A DNA stretch of 58,337 bases, filler included, from Sanchytrium tribonematis (lineage: Eukaryota): the NCBI GenBank assembly GCA_018985235.1. It is 5 parts of 5 records of this genome, joined end to end, with 100 filler letters (N's around TTAATTAATTAA, not from the genome) between each part and the next. Parts side by side here need not be neighbours in the genome. Positions count along the whole stretch, not along the records: positions 23,526 to 35,132 come from JADGIG010000256.1; positions 35,233 to 46,756 come from JADGIG010000257.1; 3 more parts are not named here. One strand, given 5' to 3'. Both the position numbers and the translations under genes were made by a program. Shown piece by piece: positions 32,993-42,720 of the stretch. Every line of letters starts with the position of its first letter. Position 1 is the first letter of the stretch. Under the pieces are notes generated by a model. It had not been told where the DNA came from. It ran no database searches and saw only the letters and a list, made by a program, of their open reading frames with translations.

Positions 32993-34915
32993 ATGGATTA
33001 TATGCATCCAAGCAAAAGGCGCAAAATAGCAAACAAATTTTATGGAGCTGCTAATCTTAACACAACAAGAGCGATGTTGCTGCAACAAAGAGATGCCGAA
33101 TATGAAAAATTGGAGAGATATTTACAATACCAAATGTCTCACGTTGAATATAGTAAGGAACGATTTCCATTGATATGCTGCTCTGGTCCTCCAGGTATAG
33201 GTAAAACACGATTTCTTCTGGAATTACCGGATCAAGTCCTTAAAACCGAAACAGGTGTAGCGTTTATAGGAATTACTTTACTGCATTGCAATTTACTTTG
33301 TGATATCACCAATGTTTTGTGGAAAAAGTTGCTCGAAGCAATTGTGGGTGAAACATTTCAATTTCAACCTGATCAAGTAGGTGCTGATTTACTTGTTGGG
33401 GTACTTCAGAAAGAGTCTAATATTAAACGAGTTGTAATACTCGTTGACAAATACAACACCGTACGCGAACTTCTGAAAGAGTTTCTATCTGCTATTGCTA
33501 AAATTCAAAGGCAACTTTGCAGTAATAATTTACCGACTCATGTAATTCTTAGCGGCACGGATCAGTATGAGCTGTCAAGGCAGGTTACCGCAAGTGGGAA
33601 CCTGGTGCTATCAATTGATTTGCCCTACTTAAATTTTAATTCGGTTCTCAATATTTTTAAAGATAGTGGTATAAATTACGATTTTGTTTTAGTGATCTAC
33701 ATGCAAACTTTGGGAATACCGGGACTCGTTCAATATTGCTATAATTGTTTTCAAGATGGAAATTCCGCGTGTAAGATGCTCAATTGTCTAAGTAGCAAAG
33801 ATTTTATGCGACTATTTTTGAATGCTTACAACAATTCTATTGATTATACTAAACTGTGTCATACTGCGATTAAAGAGGAATTAGGCCATAAAGTAGAAAT
33901 ATTTACAAACAAAATTACCACTAATCCGACATTGCTCAAGGCTTGTTTGTTTGATAAACCACTGACAAATGAAATGAGAATCTTTATCAACACAGGTGTA
34001 GCTTATGGAACTTTAGAAAAACCTTTTTTGCCAAGGTTATATCTCGAATCCCTTTCCAAATCAGACTGCGTCTTGAAGTTGTTGGTAGACTCTTTCTCAA
34101 GTGAAGTTAATCAATTTAAAAGCTTAATTTATGGCAAGCTGGTGTTGCACTGCAGATATTCGATACAATCATCTGTATTTCGGGGTGCAAGTATTTGCTG
34201 GGAGAGCATTATGTGTGGCACAACTAAGAAGAAGGTACAAATCTCCAATCTGAATAATATCTGTTGTGATAATATTTTTGATGGTAAGAATTTTATTAGA
34301 AAGCCTCAGATATTGACACTCTTAGACAATTATTTGTTACTGGTCCGGAACGAAACAGAATTATTTGATATAATTTTAAATATTTCAAATACCACAATAT
34401 ATTTTATACAGTGCCAATTTATTAAAAGAAAATTCAAGTCACATTTTGAAGAGAGCTATGAAAAGTTCAAGACTATAAAGAATCAAATGTTAAAATTTGA
34501 CTTAAATTGGAAATTTATTGCTTTTTCCACAGATTCTTTGAAGATTAAAGATAAATCATTGTCATTTGATGATAAGTTTTTGTTTATCAATGGTTCAGAG
34601 TGCGAATCTTTTATTGGTTTCAACTTGAGTAATATACTTCTTCTTTGTACCTCTGCCAATGGATATCACCCTGCCATTGTGGATTCTATTACCAGGCTTA
34701 AGCATAAATTTTCAAAAGAAACGGCAAGAAAAGTGGTGGAAAAAAGAAATTTAATTTGGGATAAAGAACGACGAATAATCGACATAGGGGATTTAATGGG
34801 ATTCAATTTCACCAAAGATGTAGAGAACCAATTATTCTTACAAAGCGAAGAATCAAGCTCGGAACCAGAGGAAGACTATGAAGATGAAGTGAGTTCCATT
34901 TCAGAAAGCGATTAA
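32993..34915 (+). CDS. Crinkler-like P-loop NTPase with probable C-terminal REase-fold domain
   Basis: Walker A GPPGIGKT, Walker B-like VILVDK, GIPG motif, LFDIIL...FIQCQ; N-terminal basic PSKRRK; acidic tail. Confidence 0.6.
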   Translation: MDYMHPSKRRKIANKFYGAANLNTTRAMLLQQRDAEYEKLERYLQYQMSHVEYSKERFPLICCSGPPGIGKTRFLLELPDQVLKTETGVAFIGITLLHCNLLCDITNVLWKKLLEAIVGETFQFQPDQVGADLLVGVLQKESNIKRVVILVDKYNTVRELLKEFLSAIAKIQRQLCSNNLPTHVILSGTDQYELSRQVTASGNLVLSIDLPYLNFNSVLNIFKDSGINYDFVLVIYMQTLGIPGLVQYCYNCFQDGNSACKMLNCLSSKDFMRLFLNAYNNSIDYTKLCHTAIKEELGHKVEIFTNKITTNPTLLKACLFDKPLTNEMRIFINTGVAYGTLEKPFLPRLYLESLSKSDCVLKLLVDSFSSEVNQFKSLIYGKLVLHCRYSIQSSVFRGASICWESIMCGTTKKKVQISNLNNICCDNIFDGKNFIRKPQILTLLDNYLLLVRNETELFDIILNISNTTIYFIQCQFIKRKFKSHFEESYEKFKTIKNQMLKFDLNWKFIAFSTDSLKIKDKSLSFDDKFLFINGSECESFIGFNLSNILLLCTSANGYHPAIVDSITRLKHKFSKETARKVVEKRNLIWDKERRIIDIGDLMGFNFTKDVENQLFLQSEESSSEPEEDYEDEVSSISESD

Positions 34916-35132
34916 AGATAATCTGAAATGCTTCGGTTTCTAATTCATTTCACAGCCTTGAATAGCTAATAACTAATAAATCTCTTTTTTGAAGTTTTTA
35001 AATCAATTGAAATAATAATAAATATCTCAATAAGAATGTGGTCAAATTCCATTTATTCTACATGACAATACGTGGTTCAGCAATGGTTTCACTAATGCCC
35101 TTGTGAGGTAATATTTTACCACCATTTACATA

Positions 35133-35232
35133 NNNNNNNNNNNNNNNNNNNNNNNNNNNNNNNNNNNNNNNNNNNNTTAATTAATTAANNNNNNNNNNNN
35201 NNNNNNNNNNNNNNNNNNNNNNNNNNNNNNNN
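35133..35232. other. Artificial contig-joining linker
   Basis: N44-TTAATTAATTAA-N44. Confidence 0.98.
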
Positions 35233-35727
35233 TCCCACAGGACAGAGGACTGTGCGCCACTTGGATTGGATCGATTTCCCCCACACGTGATCCCCCATTT
35301 ATGGGAACGACGTATTAGTATTGGAATAGTGAATAGAAACGAAATTAAAATTGCAATTAATGAGGACATCTTGAAACAAACTGGAGAACCATGTGCTGAA
35401 AGAAATTTTATCTGTCTCGCTTTTCTGGGTTACAGCGCCGCGGAAAGTAAGTTTCCACCGTAACCCAGGTCCCACATGGTCTGAAATGGCTGTGTGGGTC
35501 TTCAAGTGAAGTAGATCGACGTCGTAGTTAGAGCTTCAATAAAGGATTTAAAAAAAAACGTACTTGTCTCTAGTGACCCAAATGAATTTATTTGCGCTAT
35601 TCTAGACACACACGATCCATTTACACGTTCGTTTTTGATCAATGTTTCATTTACTAAAGTTAAAATTATTAAAACTGTCAAGACTGGAAACACCGAGTCT
35701 TTTACAAGTTCTTTTCAATTAATCAAC

Positions 35728-36534
35728 ATGAAAATTAGTTTAAAAAAACTGTACGATACCTGGAAAACAACGTGGTACGACGGCCTGAGCTATTACTTTG
35801 ATTTTGATCCTCCATTACTAGACAAAAATAATGGCCTCGCTGAAACGAAAAGTTCTGAAATGTCTCCTTCCAGTCCATTAAAAATCGCAGTTCTTGGAGA
35901 CTCTATGAATGGAAAATCCATCTTGATTAATTTAATTACAGATGACCACCGTAAAGATGTCAACCCAAAGGTATGGAATATCAAAGACGACTGTGAAATC
36001 CAAGTTTACGAAATACCAAGTTATCTTGGTAAATTCAAAAATGCGAATGAATTTTGGAACAAGCACAAATTGTATACCTTTAATGCTATTGTCATAGCCA
36101 CCGAATGTCGATTTGATACGCTTAATATCTTGTGGACATTCAATGCAAATGCCAACAAAATTCCATTGTTTATTGATAATATCATTGAGAAATTGATTAT
36201 TCAGGATAATCTTGTGTTTGAAAATGCTGTCCGTTTTGTTAAAAAGAGAGATGAAAAGGATTTAACTAGGTTAATTAATTATGATAATGAAGGAGCTATG
36301 AAAATTAGAAGCGATCCTAGTCAGATTTCAAAAGTATTTGGACCTACTGGTGAGTTGTCATTAAATATATATCAGATTACTGAATACAAGGAGCTGAATG
36401 AACATATTTATAACAACTTGGATCTTGAAAAGATGAAAAATGACATTTACTCAATTTTATGTGACATAAAAGAGCCACAAAGCCCATCTTTCATCGAAAT
36501 AATTACGGCGCGTTTAAATAAATATTTATTATAA
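35728..36534 (+). CDS. Degenerate IRG/IIGP-like GTPase
   Basis: G1 KIAVLGDSMNGKSILIN; G3 position reads YEIPS instead of DxPG; FNAIVIATECRF is IRG-like; no recognisable G4. Confidence 0.55.
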   Translation: MKISLKKLYDTWKTTWYDGLSYYFDFDPPLLDKNNGLAETKSSEMSPSSPLKIAVLGDSMNGKSILINLITDDHRKDVNPKVWNIKDDCEIQVYEIPSYLGKFKNANEFWNKHKLYTFNAIVIATECRFDTLNILWTFNANANKIPLFIDNIIEKLIIQDNLVFENAVRFVKKRDEKDLTRLINYDNEGAMKIRSDPSQISKVFGPTGELSLNIYQITEYKELNEHIYNNLDLEKMKNDIYSILCDIKEPQSPSFIEIITARLNKYLL

Positions 36535-37314
36535 TCGAAGTTTACCCAATTCCACAATCTTTTCAAAGAACTTGACATGGTCATATTGGTTTGATCCCTT
36601 GATGCGCATATTTGGAGAACTAACAACATAGAAAGGAATGTTTCCATACTTTTTCATTCCTTTTTCCTCTTGAATAGAGTCCAACTGTTGTTTTAATTCT
36701 AATTGGATATTTGTCAAAGTACCTTGGCGTTCAAATTCATCCGCCTTGGATATTACTATAATCAATTTTGATTTAAAACCAGCTTGTTGACAGAATCTGA
36801 TTAGTTCTTCCTCAAAATCAGCTAATTGTGGATTAACAAGAACTATGATACCATCACAACTTGCTAGATCCCACATTAAAAAATAATCCTTAACTTCAGT
36901 TCCAGCATCTGCCCCAGGTACATCGCTTATTCTAATAAATCCATTTCCATATTCATAACTGGTGACACAAGTAGTATGTGAAGCTGTAATTCCATTACCA
37001 ACACTTGCAGCACTTGGGTCTGAGTCTCTTACACCACGTAATCCGTTTATTAAACTAGATTTTCCAACACCAATTTTACCAATAAAAGCAAAATTAAATT
37101 TTCCTTGGTCAAATGTATGCTTTTTAGGTTTAGGATTAGATGTAAACAAGGATGTGTCAACTGTCGGTCTCGTAGGACCGTCTTTCATCATTTTTTCAAA
37201 GTACACTTTAACTAATACTGACACGAGATAAAGAAATCCTGCGAAAAACTTTTCAAGCTGCTCGCTGACATATTCCACCGTGGAAGAATAAACATTACCC
37301 ATATAATGTAACAT
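36529..37314 (-). CDS. Immunity-related GTPase (IRG/IIGP family)-like protein
   Basis: FAFIGKIGVGKSSLINGLRGVRDSDPSAASVG...TT (IRG-typical G1-G2), DVPG (G3), SKAD (G4); second Met at 37302 gives MGNVYSS. Confidence 0.85.
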   Translation of the reverse strand: MLHYMGNVYSSTVEYVSEQLEKFFAGFLYLVSVLVKVYFEKMMKDGPTRPTVDTSLFTSNPKPKKHTFDQGKFNFAFIGKIGVGKSSLINGLRGVRDSDPSAASVGNGITASHTTCVTSYEYGNGFIRISDVPGADAGTEVKDYFLMWDLASCDGIIVLVNPQLADFEEELIRFCQQAGFKSKLIIVISKADEFERQGTLTNIQLELKQQLDSIQEEKGMKKYGNIPFYVVSSPNMRIKGSNQYDHVKFFEKIVELGKLRL

Positions 37315-37582
37315 GGGTCTATCATCATTTTATAAAGAGACGTTCAAATTGACCAATCAGGTACCTGTATAAAAGAGTATAAAGACGTCTTGATTTTTAA
37401 AACGATGCCATGCCCAGTTTGTTCAACTCCTGGAAAAACAAAAGTAGATGATAAAAACTGTCCTAAAAACCTAGTTGGATACAGAGTATGCGAGAAACCT
37501 ATTTGGAGATGCGAAGGTAACTCCAATCAAAAGTACTGAAGAAAATATTACTGGATGGAATCGATAATAAATAAAATAGCGT

Positions 37583-37969
37583 TTATTTCAAGACCCTTTC
37601 TAGTATCAATTCGTATTCGTCTTGGCAAATGTCAACCAATAATAAAAACATGTCTTTACACACGACACCAAAAGGATAGACCTTGTAATTAAATTCTAGT
37701 GGAAGAAAACGGTCTGGTACAGGACTCAATAAACTGGTTAACAGTCCCAATACAAAATAAAATTTCTGATGACAAGACATTTTGGAAATCTTGGTTTGAA
37801 ATGCAGGTACATTGAAATGTTTCAAATAATGAGCACAGCACTCACATTTCATGTTTCGGGTACATTTAACAGGCATTAACAAGGGTAATTTAAAGAATAT
37901 ATCATCTAGAAAGTATAAAAAACTAATGGATTTATTGTGGCGAGTATTTATATGGCACAATTTCAGCAA
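37583..37969 (-). CDS. Hypothetical protein or remnant
   Basis: 128-aa ORF with non-ATG track start; no family recognised. Confidence 0.25.
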   Translation of the reverse strand: MLKLCHINTRHNKSISFLYFLDDIFFKLPLLMPVKCTRNMKCECCAHYLKHFNVPAFQTKISKMSCHQKFYFVLGLLTSLLSPVPDRFLPLEFNYKVYPFGVVCKDMFLLLVDICQDEYELILERVLK

Positions 37970-38198
37970 TTCTTAATTTTTCAATATCTTGCAGTAATGT
38001 TGCAGGCTCACTGTCTGTGAGATAGTAATTCGCGCCCTTTAAATTCTCAATATCCATTTATCTCCAATTGCAGAAAAGAGTCATCACTTTTCAACGTTTT
38101 AAATGTACAACCAAGTCATTTTGGCACCATTTAAGTACAACTAATTTCTTACAATAATTGAAAACTAAGAAAAATAGCGAATTTTATTAATAATGTAT

Positions 38199-38549
38199 TT
38201 ACGATTCCGGAGTACAACGTAAGCGGTTATACTCGAAATAATCACCATCCGTGTCGAACCATCCATGTTCGCTATATCTATTAAATTGATAAAAGTATTG
38301 TCCATCAAGAAAGTCAATTTTGATTGTACCAATTAATTTTCTCCCAAAATTCTCGATCAAGATTTGAGAACCTTCTATTCTTAAACTGTAAAAAGGTTGA
38401 TCACGTGAATTATAGAAATCAATATGTTCATCTAAATAGTGGACATTTTTCCAATAGTCTATGCATCGAAATCGAATTGCAAAGAGGGTTGTAAAAAACA
38501 TTTCACGGGGATCATCTCCAAAATTGTTTTGTACAATAGAGTGAAACAA
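38199..38549 (-). CDS. Hypothetical aromatic-rich small protein
   Basis: 116-aa ORF; no family recognised. Confidence 0.4.
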   Translation of the reverse strand: MFHSIVQNNFGDDPREMFFTTLFAIRFRCIDYWKNVHYLDEHIDFYNSRDQPFYSLRIEGSQILIENFGRKLIGTIKIDFLDGQYFYQFNRYSEHGWFDTDGDYFEYNRLRCTPES

Positions 38550-38764
38550 GAAAGGAGTTAATTAACAAGTCAATTCCTAGCAACGGAACATGTTTTCTAC
38601 TTTCAAGACACCCATGAGTTTTAACCGCTCCTAAAAATGTTGTGGTGAATTCATCAATGGGATATGGACATGGTACTATAAAGGTAGTTGTAGTTATCCT
38701 ACTATAGCTGGCCGGATTGCCTCTTCAAAGTTGTTATTCAACCAACTTGTATAAGCTTGTTTAT

Positions 38765-39127
38765 TTATTCGATATCTCGTTGATTACCAGTTTCCACATC
38801 ATATACTATTCCAAATAAATATTCAAAAACTGCAATAGGAATGTCATCATCGTACAAACGTTTCATTGTTAAATAGTGTTCTTTTTTGACATCTTGTGAT
38901 TTTCTAACAAAAAGTTGAGAAGCTAATTTAATATCTTCAAAATATCCAATCATGTGTAAAATTAAATCACAAAAATTTGTAAGAGTGATCCCATCGTAAA
39001 TTTCTCTCATACCAATCAAATGAGCCAAATTTGCTTGTTGAAACGCGTCAATATCAAATGTTCCACTAACTACTTTTAATGCTAAATACTTTTCACAGAT
39101 ATTAACCATGCTCTCCATCACTAACAT
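38765..39127 (-). CDS. Hypothetical protein
   Basis: 120-aa ATG ORF whose TAA lies within AATAAA. Confidence 0.5.
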   Translation of the reverse strand: MLVMESMVNICEKYLALKVVSGTFDIDAFQQANLAHLIGMREIYDGITLTNFCDLILHMIGYFEDIKLASQLFVRKSQDVKKEHYLTMKRLYDDDIPIAVFEYLFGIVYDVETGNQRDIE

Positions 39128-39290
39128 TTCTATTTATACCTTTATTCCTTTAAGTTGATTGGGTAAAAGTACGTGAAACACCAAAGTGGAGACCTAATTG
39201 GCTTAAACCATCTTTTTAAACCAGTGTATTTGATTGGTCAAAAAAATAAATAGACTAATTTTCACTGCGCAATTGACATGAAATCACCCT

Positions 39291-39378
39291 CGTCTACCTT
39301 TCACAGCGTAAATCGGGTCAAGCAACCCTGGTCTACCTTCCACAGTGTAAATGTCGTCAAAAACTTGGAATTGAATTT
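39291..39378 (+). repeat. Dispersed ~88-bp repeat copy 1 with internal 39-nt-spaced GTCTA...GTAAAT units
   Basis: Aligns without gaps to 46211-46298 (shared TCAAGCAACCCT and AAAACTTGGAATTGAATTT). Confidence 0.75.
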
Positions 39379-40111
39379 GGTCAAATGTTTTGAAAAAATA
39401 AAAATTGGTTTAATTAAAAGATCCAGTCTCCAAGTTTACTCCTGTCAAGAAAATTTACTCCTCAAACCATTTTCAAGCCAATTGTACCCATTTATATGTC
39501 TTTACGACCTTTACAATATGGAAGCTAGACCAGCATGTCGATTGCGCTGTGGAAATTAGTTTATTTTACTATACTCATAATCTTTTCTAGTTTTCAATAC
39601 TGCCTTTTGATCTTTAGTAAATTGTTCATCTTTTTCACAAATCTCAATCACTGTGATATAATCTTTTGCCAGTACTATATTCAACTTGTTTTTTACATTT
39701 CCATATGCTTTAACAGCACCTAGGATTAATACACCAAATTCATCTAAACTTTCAAGAACGCTGTTCTTCTGGAACAAAGTTATCCTTTCAAGAACCCATT
39801 GACAATAAAAATGCCCGATTTATTGGAATATTTAGAGACACCAATTTTGACATTTGATATTCTGTCATCCAATATGACGAGTTTGAAAGAATTACATAAT
39901 TCATATTTCAGTAATATAAAGATTCAATTATAAAGAACAATGCCAGACACGATAGAAGTACTGAATTTGATTTATTGTAAGTGTGATTTGACTGGTTTCA
40001 TCTCACAAGAGATATTTGGAACTACATGAGAGCATTGCATCAGGGAATCTCACAATATCTTCACAAAATATAACCCATCATGAAACGGGGATCGAGAGTG
40101 ATTCATATAAT

Positions 40112-40447
40112 TTATTTCAGTTGATTGTAGCATGATTTCAAATGTTGTAAAATATCATCCGCACGGTTTGAACAATATTTCGTTTCACAGAGGGAACTAT
40201 CAGTAATTCCGTCCACAGTAATGGTGCTGGATTTTGGTGCCTCATCCAATACTTGATACAAGTTGACTTTTGTCAGTTTAGACTCGTCAATCACTGAAAT
40301 CCCATGGCTTTTCATCACATATGGAATCATTTCCCAAATATTATCTTCACAGGTGTGCCAATCAGAGGGAGCATCAATCAGACGATACAAATATTCTTTG
40401 GTACGTACGACTAGGGTCACAGCCATTAAAATGGACATCCAGATCAT
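40112..40447 (-). CDS. Small putative secreted protein, paralogue of 47135-47470
   Basis: Short hydrophobic N-terminus; shares LMA..., Y.LI...SD, CE(T/S)K and C-terminal CY with the 47.3-kb ORF. Confidence 0.6.
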   Translation of the reverse strand: MIWMSILMAVTLVVRTKEYLYRLIDAPSDWHTCEDNIWEMIPYVMKSHGISVIDESKLTKVNLYQVLDEAPKSSTITVDGITDSSLCETKYCSNRADDILQHLKSCYNQLK

Positions 40448-41011
40448 CTATTCTTTCAATGGGAAGTCTCCAATTAAATACTACAGCATGTTGCACAAAC
40501 AACTCCATCCAATTTCACAATCCAATCAAATCTGTAAAATCCAGTCACATGCGTCTCCTGTGTATTGATCACACGGATGAAGCTGAAGCTATAAAATATT
40601 ATGAGATTGTTGTGTATAATTTGAAGTCGTTGACATAGATATTTATTCGGGGATGTCCCGTTTATATGTGTTTCGGTCTTTTAATTGATTGGTTCCCTTA
40701 TATATCACAAGTCTTTGTAATATATAAGAGCCAATCAATAATCTCTCAAATCCCCTCGTGACCCCTCGTGACCCCCCTTGGGTCTACAGGGTCAAAACTG
40801 CTCCCGTCGGAGTATGTCTTGCAACAGAGATTGCTTTAGAATTGGGAGATACAGATGCTAAAGATCAAATTGATAAGATACAAAATGCATCAAACACTAA
40901 CTGCATCCTCCAATAAATACATCTATTATTTATTTGTGGACGAGTTCGAGACATTAATAGATTCTGGGGTCTATTGGTATATGTGGACGGTAGAGAGTGT
41001 ATTGAAGATGA

Positions 41012-41355
41012 TATATATCAATGATGCTAATCCAGTTGGTAACCCCATAGACGGAAATGTCCCTGTTAAACCCATATTTGTAAAATTCATTGAAAGAAGC
41101 GCAGTCCCAGCATTAGTACATGTAATCCCTGCTAAAGAACAGCAATTAGAACCTGAATATCCTAACGATCCTAAACTAGTCGCGATAGTACCCACTGCAC
41201 TGCATTCTGATATCAAAGTTCCAAAAATCAAATTTAAAAGTAGCATCGCGTTTTACAAGGTGGCTTTTTGAATGGGACATTTTAATTTTGAGTTGATAGA
41301 GTATAGTTAAAACTTTAAACAATAATAAGGTTATTTATTCACTTATCATTTGGCC
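41012..41355 (-). pseudogene. Displaced fragment of the LRR cluster (last codons of a gene A-like copy, spacer, 5' end of a gene B-like copy)
   Basis: Reverse complement aligns with 12750-13075; ORF MLLLNLIFGTLISECSAVG... breaks off after the first LRR. Confidence 0.85.
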
Positions 41356-41795
41356 TTTTTTTTTACTGAATTCGAACAGCGGCTATTTATTAAAATAACA
41401 TTTCAAAGCGATTAATCAAGCTGTTTGAAATCATGTTTTGTGACAGAGACACCGTGGTCTTTGATACGTTTATGAGTATTTAAATGGCTAATCATACCGT
41501 ATCTGCGATCACAACCTGAAGTTAAAGTACTCTGGGTTGGTTGGAATGTAAGTAAATCGAGATGGCATTATTACACAGATTTAATGACTGTCGCCTTTAT
41601 ATCAGCGAGTCTATAAATTATTACAACTCTAAAATTTTAGTCATTTTACTTTTTCCCCTCATATTTTGCACTTTTTGAGAGCTTTTTGGCAATAATTTGA
41701 TCAAGTATCGCACACATTTTTTAACAAAAAGTAAAACAAATAGAGGCAAGGGACTGACTAAAAAGTGATTCTTTACAATGAAATAAATAATTTTT

Positions 41796-42686
41796 ATGAC
41801 AACCCGCATCAATTCTGCTTCACTCGAAGATGTCACAAAAGAAATTTTATTTCCCTTAGCGCCCCTACCTGCATTAATTCCAGTTAAGCGACCATATAGT
41901 GAGGAAGAGAAAGAAAATCAACCCAAAGCTACTCCCAAAACTAAGAAATCCAAAAAACAAGACAAACCAAGAAAGATCTGGGACCCAGATGAAGAGCGAT
42001 TGCTTTTACAACTGCTTGCTACTGAAGGTGGTCGATTGAAGAAAGCAAAAAGTCATTCTGACAAAGTCAAATTTGAAAATTATCTTGTTCAGAAATTCAA
42101 ATGCAGCAAATTTGAGCAAGTTAATCATATAATGTGGCAATAAAATTGAGCTCTAGTGGAAGAGCGACGGTTATAGCCAAATATTTTAAAAAATGAGTCT
42201 GGTTTCGAATAAATACAAGGCAGAACGTGTTCAAAAGTCTGGATTAAATGAAAGATCTGATTGGGAATTATTTGAGTTGTGTGCGGAGGTATTTGAAGGA
42301 AAGCGTGATTTGGAAACCAAGTTTGCTGTTGATGGAGGTAATTTGAACCATTTGGCAGATGATGGAATGACACAAGTTCAAAAGGCAAAGATATATTAAT
42401 TTAGATGTCCAATCAATTGCCAATTGGAGACTTGCAAATTGAAGAATTGGAAAATCAGCCAATGGATGAGCCCCCCAAAGTTGTTAAAGTGACTCCCAAA
42501 GTCAAAAAAGAAGGAAATGGTGTTAGAAAAGCAAGATTAAGCGATATTATTCAAGTTCAATTGGAAGAAACTGGTAAACAATTGAAGGAAACAACAGAGA
42601 CCACAAATCATTTGGTAAGATTGTTGATGAATGAACTTTGTTCAAGTGCCCAACCAAATGCAATTGATGGAAATTCTTTGCAATAA
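41796..42686 (+). pseudogene. Harbinger Myb/SANT-like DNA-binding protein gene, interrupted
   Basis: RKIWDPDEERLLLQLL...WELFELCAEVF. Segment 42125-42210 replaces the 25 nt that encode KGKIRLIYN in the 21.5-kb copy. Candidate 20-nt GC-AG intron at 42385-42404. Confidence 0.75.
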
Positions 42687-42720
42687 AAGTTATATCTTCT
42701 CATTTTATTACAAATTTATT

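Noticed and set aside
35233..35505. pogo/Tc5 transposase remnant (LGYSAAESKFPP)
   Set aside because: One short motif in a stop-interrupted contig end; not enough evidence.
39291..39378. CRISPR-like array
   Set aside because: Only two or three degenerate units, no spacer series, no cas genes, eukaryotic context.
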